NCBI RefSeq assembly: GCF_006345805.1
Contig: NC_043003.1
Span: 94,054,001 to 94,118,000 of the forward strand
Source of the DNA: Octopus sinensis
Taxonomy: Eukaryota
DNA: 64,000 nt
Direction of reading: 5' to 3'
Positions within the stretch are counted from its first letter, which is position 1. Each line of letters begins with the position of its first letter. Below the pieces are notes generated by a model. It had not been told where the DNA came from. It saw only the letters and a program-made list of their open reading frames with translations, and did not search any database. A program made the position numbers and the translations under genes. Shown here piece after piece: positions 51,321 to 64,000 of the stretch.

Positions 51321-53136
51321 TACCATTACTATATGTATGTGTGCTATGTCAGATTACTCTTTGTGTTACAGGTAACATGCAACCCAACACAACCTGTCAC
51401 TTTGTCGGGCCCTCAGAGACAAAACAGGGAACCCTACCGAGTCTGCTTGCTAAAGAGGCTGTTTTTCGTTTGACACCCTGCAGGATGAAAACAATATCTG
51501 TCAAAGGGTCGGATGAACTCACTAGATTTAGCGGCCATCCAACAGCTGGAAACCATAGACCCCGCCGTTTACACTTTGTTTGGGCAACTCTCTAGGAGGA
51601 AATTCGGGAATGATACCCACCTCATTGCGAAGATGGAAATTTTGTTCTTCTTTGTTTCTGGGCTTCTTGGCTTTGTAGGTGTGAGTCATCGATAATTTGT
51701 CAGTGATGATCATATTTGTCCACGAGTTGACAGCCACTGTGTATGTACGTTTAATGACTCAGAGGAATGGCTGTTTAGTTACTTAATGATTAATTGATCA
51801 ATACTTTGATAAATATAGATAGGCTTTACTACGTGAAGAAGGTCAAAATAAACCTGAATTTTGCCCTTCGTGGTTGCCGGACAAATAAACATAATAGAAA
51901 TAACCAGCGCCTAATAATATTGATTTTTCATCATGATATTTGTAAAGTCACGTCAGTTAATATGGTAACAGGATGTTAAATATTGTCCTTCACGCAGATG
52001 GCGTATCTGAACAACAAAACAGTATAGTACGTTGAGGGAGCATAAGAGGTCAAAAATTTGATGTATTAAAATTCAATGACCTTCAAGTGAAAAGAAAATA
52101 GAGGCCAATTCTTTTTCTACAACTCTTGTTTTCTTCTAATAGAAGAAACCTTGTTATTGCTTTCTCATAAAATAAAATGTAAAGTGTTTCTGTAGGTTAT
52201 AAAATAATATGTTAAAGCTTTTGAAAATATTTTGTTGAAATTTAACTCTGTTTACATCGATTTGTGTTTTCTTTTAGTAAAACTCTCAAGAGGTAAATAA
52301 CAAACGTTATCAAAATACTTGTGGAATAATAGGTAGCCTACTTCGCACTGCTTGATAATTTCTGAAAGATGAGCTGAATACGTTATTTGAACACTTCATA
52401 GAAATCTATCTATGAATGTCGGTTGACAATAACCTTACATATTTAAGGTTCTCTTTCCACAAAAGAGAAACAGAGGAGATAGAAGAGGAAATGCACTATG
52501 TAATTCTGCTTCTGTTAGATACTTAATGCTAACAGATTAGCTTATAAAATGCAGTTAATAAGGAATACTTGTCCCATATTAATTTCTCGACAAATTGGTA
52601 AAAAGCAATAGATAAATGCATTCGACACTAATATTGAAATCATAGGTTACCCTCTGATTTAATATACGGGGTTAATGGAGCAAATGGAAAAGGTACTGAA
52701 CTAACACTTTAAGCCATTATTTAACTCTAGAATTATCATTGTTAGGCGTTCCGTTATGTTGGCACCAGATCTGCTCTTGTAGTCAGCTTTATACTGAAAA
52801 TCTTTTCAGAGATGATATATACAAATTCGTTTAGTCACACTAAAGCGGGGCTTAGATTTGGGACTACGTTAGCTCAGTAACAAGAAATAGGTCACGGCAT
52901 CTCAGGTTATTTGCGTTGAATTCTGATCAATAGCATTTCAGCTACAATTATACGATCGATCGAATTTTTCCATGGTTTCCAGCCCAAATATGGTTATAAA
53001 TGGAGATTTTTGAGATTTAAGACAAGCGCTCTTGGACAGAGGGATGAGATATGCATAAGACGCGGCAGATGTTAAAAGAGACACGTGAGAAAACAGACGA
53101 ATAGGATTCTTGGGATACACCCACAAACACGCACAC

Positions 53137-53178
<42 letters not shown>

Positions 53179-53191
53179 TATATATATACAT

Positions 53192-53345
53192 ACATACGGC
53201 GGATAGCTTTAGGTTTCCGTGTACCAAATCCACGCACAAGTTTTTGGTCGGCCCGGAGGTGTAGTAGAAAGCACTTATCCAGTGGAATTGCACCCAGAAC
53301 CATGTGGTTGAAACGCAAACTTCTTCCCACACATCACGCCTGCGA
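53192..53345 (-). mobile_element. tRNA-SINE 5' part (34111 family)
   Basis: Minus strand GCAGGCGTGATGTGTGGG...CACATGGTTCTGGGTGCAATTCC...GGATTTGGTACACGGAAACC. Confidence 0.75.
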
Positions 53346-53570
53346 CTACTTAATAGTTTTTTTTTTATTCATAGACGTATTTATAATTATCAATACATTG
53401 ACGTTTTAGTTTCTTTTGTTCGAAACTCAGAAGTGACAAGTTTGATCCATAATACATTTTGCTACTTGTTGTTACTCAGTTATAAGTTTGCCATCAAGGA
53501 TCAGAACTGTAATTAAAGGTGTTCCACTGTTGGCCATCCTGTTTCAACGTTTAGAGTACCTTGTGCAAAT

Positions 53571-53874
53571 TATTTACATTATTTACATTATTTACATTCG
53601 ACGGATATTTGTCCTCATCTTGTTTGTTAACACAAAGTTTCGGATGTCTTGGGGAAATGTTGAACCTGGGTTCTCATTCTTTGATGTTATCATTATTATT
53701 GTTCAGGTCACTGCTTGGAATCGAACTCAGAATCTTGGGGTTAGTAGCCCGCGCTCTTAACAACTACGACATATAACTACGTGGGCGTATAACAACAAGC
53801 AAGTTGAGGACAAATAGCCGTCGAATGTAAATAAAGTAAATAATGTACATAATTCCTCATCTCTTAAATATAGA
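53571..53874 (-). mobile_element. 304-bp fold-back retroelement with tRNA-derived head, hammerhead remnant and 13-bp TSD
   Basis: TSD ACCTTGTGCAAAT at 53558-53570 and 53875-53887. 58-bp arms 53571-53628 / 53794-53851 (5 mismatches). A-box-like at 53761-53771 and B-box GAGTTCGATTCC at 53717-53728 on the minus strand. Confidence 0.85.
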
Positions 53875-55039
53875 ACCTTGTGCAAATGTTTCCATTTTTA
53901 AGATACCAAGTTGTGATCTAGGAAGATTTTGCTGTTGTTCTTAACAGGTCAAACACGTAGAGGACTTTTCATTCATACACTGGTAAGGATACAGCTGATT
54001 TTACTTTCCCTTTTCTCTTATAATTGGCCTTATGCTTAAAGATTCATATGAACCATTCATAAAATGAAGGCTGAAAGGCTACATCAATGATTTAATTCGT
54101 TTCTCGATAAAAATTAATTCGATGTTAATAATAAATTTATTACGCCAATTAGTTCGATGTTTATAATAAACATTGAATTAAGCCTTGTTAATGAAAAGCT
54201 TTATCCACCCATAATAACTAAATCAAAATGATATCTCTTTTTGAAAAATCTTAATTTGCATTTTGATTTTTAGCATTTAAATTTAAACACGAAGCAAGGT
54301 ATTCGTTTATTGGTCCGGTTAATAAATTAAAGGCTGGAATAAAGCATAAGGCATGATGACCATTGGAAATTTGATTGCATGATTAAATGTATGACATTTT
54401 ATATTGAATATCTGATTAAATCAACAATAAATTAATATGCAACATTGAATCCAACGGTACAACGGTACACGAAGTCATTACAAATTTCATTGAAACCAGC
54501 TTACACTTTTTTTCGAGAACAATACACGTCTAAAACCTTGAGACTTTGCAAACGCTTAGCGTATTAGTACCATTGCAGCATGGAGATGCACTGTGACGTT
54601 GTCAGTGACCGGGTTTCAGTTTCGAGCGACGAAAATTTGCACCATATTACAAACAATCAATGTTTAAGTGAAGTTAACAGTCTTTGTATGTTTCTGAATA
54701 TCTAACATGAGTCTTAGACACTACATCGTTTCAGTTTTAAAACACGGTCTCACAGCAAATCCCTTGCCTGTCAGGTATGTCTCTGTAATAGCCTATTAAT
54801 ATTTTCTATCAATTTTTGGTGACCAAATATCAGAAAAATTGGTAAGAAATTGGTAAGAAAATTATCCTTAAGCATTGGTATTGCTTTCCAGATCTTGTAG
54901 TCCTTTATACAACTTCAGTTTCGTTGAAAGCAGCTGTATGCACTATTTATTGGTAAGAAACGCAGATCACAGAACTTCGGTCATTTTACTGAATTCTTAA
55001 TAACGTGGTTCTCCATAAACATCGAACTTGGAATAACAC

Positions 55040-56940
55040 AGCTCCTATAGCATCTTTGTAAGCGTCACCATGATCCCGATTTACTTAATTTTAAAACCTC
55101 AGCATCGATGTCCACAAACTCTATGCTCTCTTGCTCCACCAGCACCAAAATGATATCATAAATACAACGTACTAGTACTAACTTCTATAAAATATTCATT
55201 GACTACATATTCCAGAACAAAAATACCCTTGCTGCATATCATGTAGGCAATTATTTCTTTTCTTGCACACGCTAACGCAGCAACCACCCCCACCTGATCG
55301 TAAGCGCACTGTAAATCCCCATCGTATATTAAATTTCCAAGCCACATAAACCATTCAGGTTTCCCCTCCCCATTGTCTCAGTAGATGCCACACAGAAATC
55401 TTTACCTCCCAGCTACCTTGATAAATGTCATACCATCCCTCGTCACTGCTTTGACCCTCATATGTAGGATGCCAAGCATACGTTCAACCTTAATTTCGTT
55501 TATTTCCCTGTTCGATGTGTCCAACTCTCTTTCATCATAAACTTAAAATCCCTATTCACTGACATACCCTAAAACGGTGGCTTTTTAGCTATTAAATATA
55601 TTTTTAAATTCCATCTTTTATCTAACCTATTACCACTATCTTTCTACATGCAGTTCCCAGTTTCCTTTCCTTCAATTGTTTCTTCTCTGTCTCCAGTGAC
55701 TTCTATGCACCCATTGGTATGGCTATGATTGTCCCTACTACCACTAACATGTTCGAGGGCTTCATTAAGGTTACTTGTCCATTTCAATTGACAATTCTGT
55801 CAGTACTACATCACTCTGACGTGACGAATTCGTTGTTTTCATTTCCTAAGCAAAATGTTTTCTTCAAGTTTTGGAATTATTTTTACCATTTATGACAACC
55901 TTTCACTTTTTATGAGACTTCCGCCACACTCGATAGGCCTCACATCTCCACCAATATGCATTATAATCTCACTGACAGACGCTCCTCAGATGACTTTTTC
56001 TACTCACATTCCACTCGCACTGACTCTGCTCACAATATCTTAAACTTAGCCATCTTAACTGCAAGGAAATAGAGTCTATTGTTCCTCAAAAATCATTGTC
56101 ACCGATCTCAGATCACTTACAAATCTACAGTAATCTTCAGCTACAAAGAGGTTTCCTTTTAACACCTTTCATCTGCCAGCCCTTTGCGTCAAGTGATCCT
56201 TCTTAACATTAATCTCTTTCTCTTTGACTCTCAAAAACTTTTTTTGCCAATATTTTTCACATCTTCCTCTAAAGCGATCAAACCTTATTTGCGACAGCCT
56301 AAATTCCGGGACATTCTGTTAGTTTCCCTGTATTTGACTATGCCATGAACGTTATTTTTACTATATCACACGAAAATCTCTTTATGTACTTAAAACCAGC
56401 TCTTGGCTATTGAATGCTTCCGCGAGTATAGATATATTTTCTGTTCGTAAATACTTTACAAATCGGAGGCTAGACAATTTAATACACCAGGCCACTTTAT
56501 GGGATCCCACACACCATGTGGAATAATATATTTCCTCATAGCCCTCCTTACACCCACAGATACAGAAACATCACATCTGCGTTCTAGGAACTTCCTCACT
56601 TGCAAACATGAAGGAACGTGTTTCATACCTTTCTTAATATTTCTGCAGTTTCTTAACTACTGTTAGATGTGTTTTTCTATCATCTTGACCGTAAGTCCTC
56701 GTTCACTTACTGTTTAAATTTGTCATCCTCTCCTCGTACTTTGCATTTTGCCAATATTTTTTGCTGCTTTCTTTTCCTCACTTGCCTTTCATATTTGCCA
56801 ATATTCTCGCTGGTTAGCCTAACTCATTGGCCAATATCCATTTCATGTGTCATCTTACGCACTCTCAGTCCTTTAATCTTTGACAATGTGTTCTCTTTTA
56901 TTTCTGTCATCATCTTTGTCAATTTATTCGGTCCCAATAT
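55040..56940 (-). mobile_element. Very old LINE-like remnant (possible ORF1 plus APE start)
   Basis: The minus strand is purine-rich and coding-like with many stops. A GGGV...RKEI-like segment lies near 55290. Confidence 0.3.
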
Positions 56941-57359
56941 AAAACATCGATCTTTTGTGGAGTGTACTTTCATATTTGCGCCACAATAATTAAAACTAAC
57001 AATGAACCACCTCGATCTCTTAAGCTTTGGTTGACCTAAAAGTCCAAAGGTACTATCCTTATTATTCCCATCAGTTTGTAAAATTAGAAATTAAATTAAA
57101 TAAAAATAAATGTCTTTTTGAAAAACATAGGTTAAACATATTTTTGAAAATTTTGGTCGAAATAAAAATGTTAGAAGAAACACTGCAATTTTCTTAATCT
57201 CAATATTTGATAGATACATGTGGTTAGTTGTCCTTAATATATTCTTGAATTTTATGAACCTCAGGGGTATAAGTTAAAGTCGATCAAGAAGAATCTGAAG
57301 TCTAATGTAAAAAGACGAAATTAAATAATACTTTTTTTATGTTAGTACAAAATCATAAA

Positions 57360-57530
57360 TTGACTCCCACCATAATAATGATTTCAAATTTAGGCATATT
57401 GTCAGCAGTTTCGAGGAACGAGCTAACTCGGTTACATCGACCCCCGTGCTCAAATGATACTTATTTTAACGAGCCCGAAAGAATGAAAGGCAAAATGCAC
57501 CGGCTTGCTTACGATTCTGCCAACTCGCCT
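57360..57530 (-). mobile_element. Meta-like SINE with internal deletion
   Basis: Minus strand GGAGGCGAGTTGGCAGAATCGTAAGC...TTTGCCTTTCATTCTTTCGGGCTCGTTAAAATAAGTA. Confidence 0.8.
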
Positions 57531-58199
57531 CCTTCCATCGTAATACTGATACTTAATTTTAAACTCACTAACAAGGAATAGATGGCCCTGTGGATTCCAT
57601 GCCATTCAAAGTAAGTTGTCTACATTTGTATATGGCGTATACCAGAGTGAAATATAGATAAAAAAGATTACGTAACTTACAGATAGTATTTAAAATCTGA
57701 TGGAGATAACGATGACAGCATGCACTAAAATGTTTCAAACTGTATCTCTCTCTTATCTTCATATTATTCTGCCAGTGTTTTACTCATTGCAGACAGTAGA
57801 CCGCGGCAGTGAAGGTTGAGCAAAACTATAACTATTGGATTTGCAAATCATGTATGTATAAATGCTGGATGTAGCCATTTCCAATTTGAAGGAAAGAGAT
57901 GACACTGACTAAGTAGACATTCCTAAATACATTGGAGATTGTGTCTGAGTAATAATTCTATACATTCATAATTATAAGAATCTTTTATGAGACAATAAGA
58001 AAGGCAGTAACGCACTGAACTAAATATACCTTAGTCTATTTGGTTTTATCTCTTCATCTTAAGTTTGATATCTTGTTAAGGTCGATAAAAACTATTGTTT
58101 TATATTGGAAGAATCTAACATACCATGGACATATTACTTAGTGGTCTTGTGGGAATAGAGGTAATCTATTTTATTAATCACTATGTATACAGTAAATAG

Positions 58200-58254
<55 letters not shown>

Positions 58255-59959
58255 TTGTGTATATGTATGCATGTATGTATATATGTGTATATACACACAA
58301 ACACACACACATAACCTCTTTAGCTTCCATCATTCTTTACACAATGAACAACAATACAATATTTCATATGATAAACATTGGATCGTATCATATTTCTGAC
58401 AGACTTTTGTTTCTATACCATTAAAGACACTTTATGTTTGTCATAAAAGTTCATACAATATCCTATAAAGTGCAATATTTACTCATATAAGAGATACTCA
58501 TTAATTATAAACAACTCTCATACAGAAAGAAAAAGAAAATCTTGCTTTGTCTTCTTATTTACCTTTTATAAAGACCAGTAAATATTATTATTATAGAATG
58601 TAGCAATAACATTAGGGAAGGAAACGATTTTTATTCTGTAATGTCACATAGTAGATGAAAACATTCAATGGAAATATATATATATAATATGGGTGGGATA
58701 TAAATTGAAGGAGTAAGTTTTTAGTCTAAGATAAAAACTTACTCATTCAATTTATACCCACCCATAATTCTTTAAGAGGTATTCCTTCCAACAGTTCACT
58801 TTTGCATCCTCTTTAAGATGACAATCAAAATTAGCTTTATTAGCCATCCCTATCCTCCCTTCTCTTTATATTATCACCACTCTTCCAACAGACATTCTCG
58901 TTTACAACCCCATGACCTACCATTTTGGTGTTGATATAGCCGGATGTGAAGTTCTATTTTCTCAGATAGTAAAACGGTCTGTCATGACACTAATTATTTT
59001 ATAACTCCCTAAAGATCTAATTTTCAATGTTTTGAAAACTACATTCTCCTTACTGTCTTCGATATGTAGATAACGGGGTCACTACTGTCAGTCATCCCTC
59101 CCTGCCACTCTAGCCTATGCTAATTTATGGCTTGTCCATCGCTGTACTGTCCTCTTTTCATTCTGCCAAAAAGTTTAGCTGCAGAATCATAGTAAACATA
59201 TGCTCTCTATTGATGATATGAATATGTTTAAATATCTAATTTGCCTTTAGGCTTGAGGTCTATGTGGTCATCTGGTCAGAACGATTCTCTTTGTAATGAT
59301 GTAATGTTTTTATTTATCAATTAAAGGAGTCACTCGAAACGGCCGTAATGAATTGACACTTATACATTTCTGTTAGTAATATATATATATTTCTTTTCAC
59401 TCACCTACTCTGGAATCTGCACTTTGCAAGTATTCGGAAAGTATCTTTGTACAAAGTACGAGTCTGAGCGGATTTATTCACTAAGGTGGATCGTGCCATC
59501 TGCACGGACTGCATGAATATCGGGTGGAAAAAAATTCACCTAATATTGTTTGCGTGTGCAAATACATTCGTCTCAACAAGTGCCTCAATTTAAGTGGCTA
59601 ATTCAACTGAATCTAAATTACATACATTTACATTCATATACATACATATATACAAACATCGCGGAGTAGATGAAACAGGGACAACTGAAGAAGGGGAATA
59701 TTCTTTATGTCGCATGTCTCGTTTCTCTGTTTGTTTTTTTCGTTGTCCCGCCAAAAAGTTCGTTTCTATGTTTTTGATTTTATGTTTTCGCTTCTCATTG
59801 TGTTCAATGCTTTTTTTGATGTTCTGTACCATATATGCATGTATATATACATATATGTGTAGGTATGTACATATATGTATGTATATATGCATATATTTAT
59901 ATATTATACATATTACTATATGAACGAACAACACGCATCCTTTTCCAAGTAAGTTTTAT

Positions 59960-60016
<57 letters not shown>

Positions 60017-61813
60017 GTATACATCAAAAGCGCATCTACAATACAATGATTTTATGGCGTGAATGAATTAATATGAATAAATACAATATTAACTGCTAGA
60101 ATGAGATTTATAAAAATCTGTACGAGTGAATTTGGGATAAATCTCAAGCCGGTTTACTGACATGTATTTTAAGACTTTCTTTTGTAAACGTAAAGCTAGA
60201 AAGCTCATATTTGGGAATTTAATCCTTCTATTTTCTCTAGGGAAATTTAGCCTTCTACAGCCACGTAATTATTGATTTTCCTTTTCCCGCTCAACCTTTT
60301 TGTACAACTTTAACCAAATGACGACTGAAAGTACGATGCTGACCGGCTGAGAACCTACCAGTCTACAGACGTTCACAGTGTGCTCCTGTCTATTTCACAC
60401 CTTTTCTGTTTAGATTTAAATCTGATATAATGCGCTCACATGAGTATTGTTTTTACGATACGCCATATCTTTGATGGTTGCCAATCGCGATTAAAAGGAC
60501 CCTTGAATAACATTTGATCTCGTTTGTGGTCATTGGTTGTATTGAGATTCCATCTCTAGACAGGTTGTTGGCAAGAATTAAGAAGCCACTCTGTTTTTTG
60601 CGAAGGCAATTTAAGTGCTACACCAGTTCTTTCTCCCTTGCAGATCATATTCATTCTCACGATCATGATAGTAGGCAATTAGCAGTCTGTTGTGAATATA
60701 GTAGTAGCGTAACATACAGATTATCATGCATAATTGAACGTAGATTAGATTTGGGTGGTCGTCGTCAGTGAAGTGGTGTTTGTGAGGCATGGGCAATAAC
60801 TATCTAGCCTATAGATTGAAGAAGTACAGATAAAGATCAATCTAGAATTACAAGAAACAACAAATCATTACCAGATGGACATAGTGTTCCTGTAACACCA
60901 TTGTTGTTGTGAGTGAAATGCTTCTTTGCAATGTTATTAATGGCGTAAGGATAATACATGCGCGAGGAAACTTATATGACTCAAGAAATATGTTTATAGA
61001 GAGTTTACCATCTGCTCTACAACAATTTACCGCCCCTATACAGCTAAAGGTGAACCATTGAATCTAAGTTAATAGCTTTTTATTGTATACATTTTGGTGC
61101 GTTTGAAATAGTGTTAGATTTTTAACACGCTAAACCAGTTCATTATACATCAATGGTAAATATAGCCGCATATGAATATTTTCAAACTTACTATATAAAT
61201 AAATCACAAATATAGTATTTCCCAAAATAAATATGCCATTACCTTTCACAAAATAACTTATATTTCAAAATGAATTAATGTTACATTAAAATTATTGCTT
61301 ATTTGTATAAATAGAGTGCAATCTAAATAGAAAAGGAGGCCATATAATGCCAGAAATTCAGTCATTATAGAATTTTGATATATGAGTTTCTGCATAGATT
61401 CTTTTTAGCTTTTAGACTTAATGTAGAATTAAAAACTCGTGAAAAATGTTGTGCGCTAGATATATTAAGAAAATAAGTTGTTTTGCATTTGTTTGTTGAA
61501 ACGGTTTTAAGTATATTTTGACCCCAGCATTTTGATAATGTTTGAGACACATGCACTGATGCATATGTTCTTTAATTCTTTGTGCAGAGGTGGTTCCATA
61601 GCCAATGGAGGTTAACTGAGGCATGGTTACTGCCAGTTGAAGACTATTATTATCTCATTCTGTTTTATTTACTAATAGGGAAGCATTTACAAATTGTTCA
61701 CTGATTAGTTACACCAATGTAACTTTGAGATGCATTAATGTTGACAAGCTAGGGCAAGATGTACGACAATGTACGACCCTCGTAGATTTAAAGTTAAAAA
61801 AGGAGCAAAAGAG

Positions 61814-61931
61814 CAATATCATTCTATAGAAATACATTTTTATCTACAAAAGTCAATATCATTCTATAGAAATACATTTTTATCTACAAAAGTCAATATC
61901 ATTCTATAGAAATACATTTTTATCTACAAAA
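61814..61931. repeat. 40-bp minisatellite, ~3 copies
   Basis: CAATATCATTCTATAGAAATACATTTTTATCTACAAAAGT starts at 61814, 61854 and 61894. Confidence 0.95.
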
Positions 61932-61965
61932 TTACCAAAACTTCTGTTTTTAAAGAAGGACAAAA

Positions 61966-63249
61966 TATTGGGTCATCCATAAATAATGGGTTTTTTATAC
62001 TTCATTTGTTTTTCAAAATTAAGATAGGCAAAGTTCTTTTTTAATCTAAAATATATTTTCCATCATTTTCTACAACGCTCTTCCATCTATCTGGCAGACT
62101 TGCAAAGCCCCTTTTCTAAAGTTCCCTTGTCCGTGACGAAATATACTCCTCCAGTACTGCTCCGACCTTGTCTACAGAATTCATATTTTTTCCGCCCGAA
62201 TGATTTTGAAGACTGCCCGAATAAATGATAATTAGGAGGGGCAATGACTGGCGAATCTGTTGGGTGGGGCATCGTTTCTCATTCAAACTGCTCCAGCCTT
62301 TGGAATGTCATCCTCACTGTATGTAGCCGAGCATTATACTGATGAAAGAACACCTTTCGTTTTAAAACCGAGGAAGATCGTTTTTCTTCTAATGCTGACT
62401 TAAGTCGATCAAGTTGCTTGCAATAGATCGCCTTTGTTATCGTTTGAGTTGGGTTTAAAAGTTCAAAGTGGACTAAACCTTTCATATCCCACCAAACAGA
62501 TAACGTCTTACATGGGTGGAGACCTTATTTAGCCTGGGGTGCCGGTGTTTCCCCTTTCCCTACACACTGTCTTCGACGCTTGGCATTCTTATAGAGAACC
62601 CATTTCTCGTCATCAGTCACTATTGGGTCCAAAACGAAAGGCTCATTCGTGATACGTGGCAGTAAAGAAGAGCACACATTCAATATCTGCACACCATTAA
62701 ACTCACTAAGTTTATGAGGAACTCATTGACCCAATTTACTGACTCTCCCGATGGCATGCAGGTATCGATGAATGGTAGAATGACCAAATTCAAGCTTCTC
62801 TGATAATTCCTCAACAGTTACGATAGGATTTTATTCTTCTAGGCTTTGCAGGACGTCCTCATCGAGCTCTGCAGATCTTACAGGACAAGGCTCGTCTTCT
62901 AGACTGTAGTTGCCGGCTCAAAATTTCTGGAACCATCGTTGACACTAGCATATACTTATTGCCCGATCCACATATACTGCATTAATATTCCTTGCACTTT
63001 CCGTTGCGGTGTTGCCTTTATTGAACTCACAAAGCAAAATATGCCGAATATGCTCCTTTGTCACTTCCATTATAGCTTTGAAAAAAAAATGCTAAAATCG
63101 AATTGCCCTTTTCAAACCTTGCCCTAAGAACAAATCCAAAGTAAAATTACTACCTGCTTTTAAAGCAATTTGATGTAGGTAGTTTATCCCGCTCCCTTCT
63201 GACTTTTAGTTCATACAATTGAGAAAACCGCCTTATCTATGACCCAATA
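61966..63249 (-). mobile_element. Near full-length but inactive mariner (D,D34D) element
   Basis: Termini TATTGGGTCAT / ATGACCCAATA. ORF runs from ATG 63070 to stop 62041 with stops and frameshifts. WVPH is mutated to *VPH, IVTDDEKW is retained, HDNA is mutated to QYNA, and APSDYHLF is mutated to APPNYHLF. Confidence 0.92.
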
Positions 63250-64000
63250 AATATAGACAAACATATAGATGCATTTCAACGAGATAAACATTTGGCTTTA
63301 AAAGGCGTTGCAGAAGTTTATCCTTATATCAGTAGATCTGTAGTTACCATAAAAACGATAGAACTGACTCATAGAATCACTACCTTATTTTAGTTGGTAT
63401 ATTTACAACACTTCATTGCTAATGGATAACAAATTATTTTAACTAAGTCAGGGTCAAGTAAAAAGAGACTTCAAATAATATATTCTTTCTTGGTAAAATA
63501 AGCATTCATGGCAAATTTGTCAACTGTATGCTCATTTTTTCTATATTACTAGTTTCCGCGAATAAGTGATTATTTAGAGGAAAAAGGCCCCACACTGTGA
63601 TTATGTAGAGAAAATGGCCCGAAACAACTATGTTTATTAGAGTAATAGCCAATAACATAGTCGAAATAAAGAAATTCTTTCCATTTGATTTTCTCTTACT
63701 AATATAATCTGTTCGTAATAACTTCTTATATAAGCATATCGGTTCTGTTTTACTTCCGGCGACAAGAAATGGAATTTCAATTCAGAATGTACAGACAAAC
63801 CCAGTACAGATATCGGAAGTTTTCCAATTAGATGCTCTAAAACCTTAACTAATCCACAGCACTAGACTGATTTTCTATTGAATCTGTAAAAATAAAAAGT
63901 TAACTAGATATCATCATCACTTAAATACCGGGGAACCGCCAATGTGTAGTCCTATAGCCAATTCACCACGTAATTGCAAATTCGCTAACAAATTGCCAAC

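Noticed and set aside
59660-59710. CTGAAGA followed by an AGGGG/TTCTT stem
   Set aside because: There is no GAAA or NUH after the stem, so it is not a complete hammerhead.
60514-60796. Overlapping ORFs and a CTTGCAG acceptor in non-repetitive sequence
   Set aside because: No consistent exon boundaries or recognisable protein.

Overview
AT-rich, microsatellite-dense eukaryotic DNA, probably intronic or intergenic. The SINE families and repeat landscape look cephalopod (Octopus-like); this is an inference from recognised repeats, not a database result. No intact protein-coding gene is evident, and most ORFs in the track are translations of (TA)n, (CA)n, (TACA)n, (GATA)n and (TAA)n runs. The window is a patchwork of decayed transposons. 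These include tRNA-headed SINEs, RTE, CR1, L1/Tx1 and R4/Dong-like or other restriction-like-endonuclease LINE fragments, and a Mag-type Gypsy internal region. There are also mariner, maT and Tc1 transposase relics, a hAT MITE and a non-autonomous Helitron. The most notable signal is a recurring class of short asymmetric fold-back insertions: two divergent copies of one terminus, with one arm longer, mostly sitting in (TA)n runs. One of these fold-backs (present twice) contains a near-complete minimal type-I hammerhead-like motif and another a hammerhead remnant; further hammerhead-like motifs lie in TA-adjacent fragments. This fits Penelope-like-element (PLE) mobilisation. One such insertion has a tRNA-derived Pol III head and a perfect 13-bp TSD, and another is tandemly duplicated so that two hammerhead-like motifs lie 571 nt apart. 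Separately, a 389-bp RTE-like mini-element has a 5-bp TSD, its empty site elsewhere in the window, and an HDV-like ribozyme remnant. All coordinates, folds and mismatch counts were done by eye.
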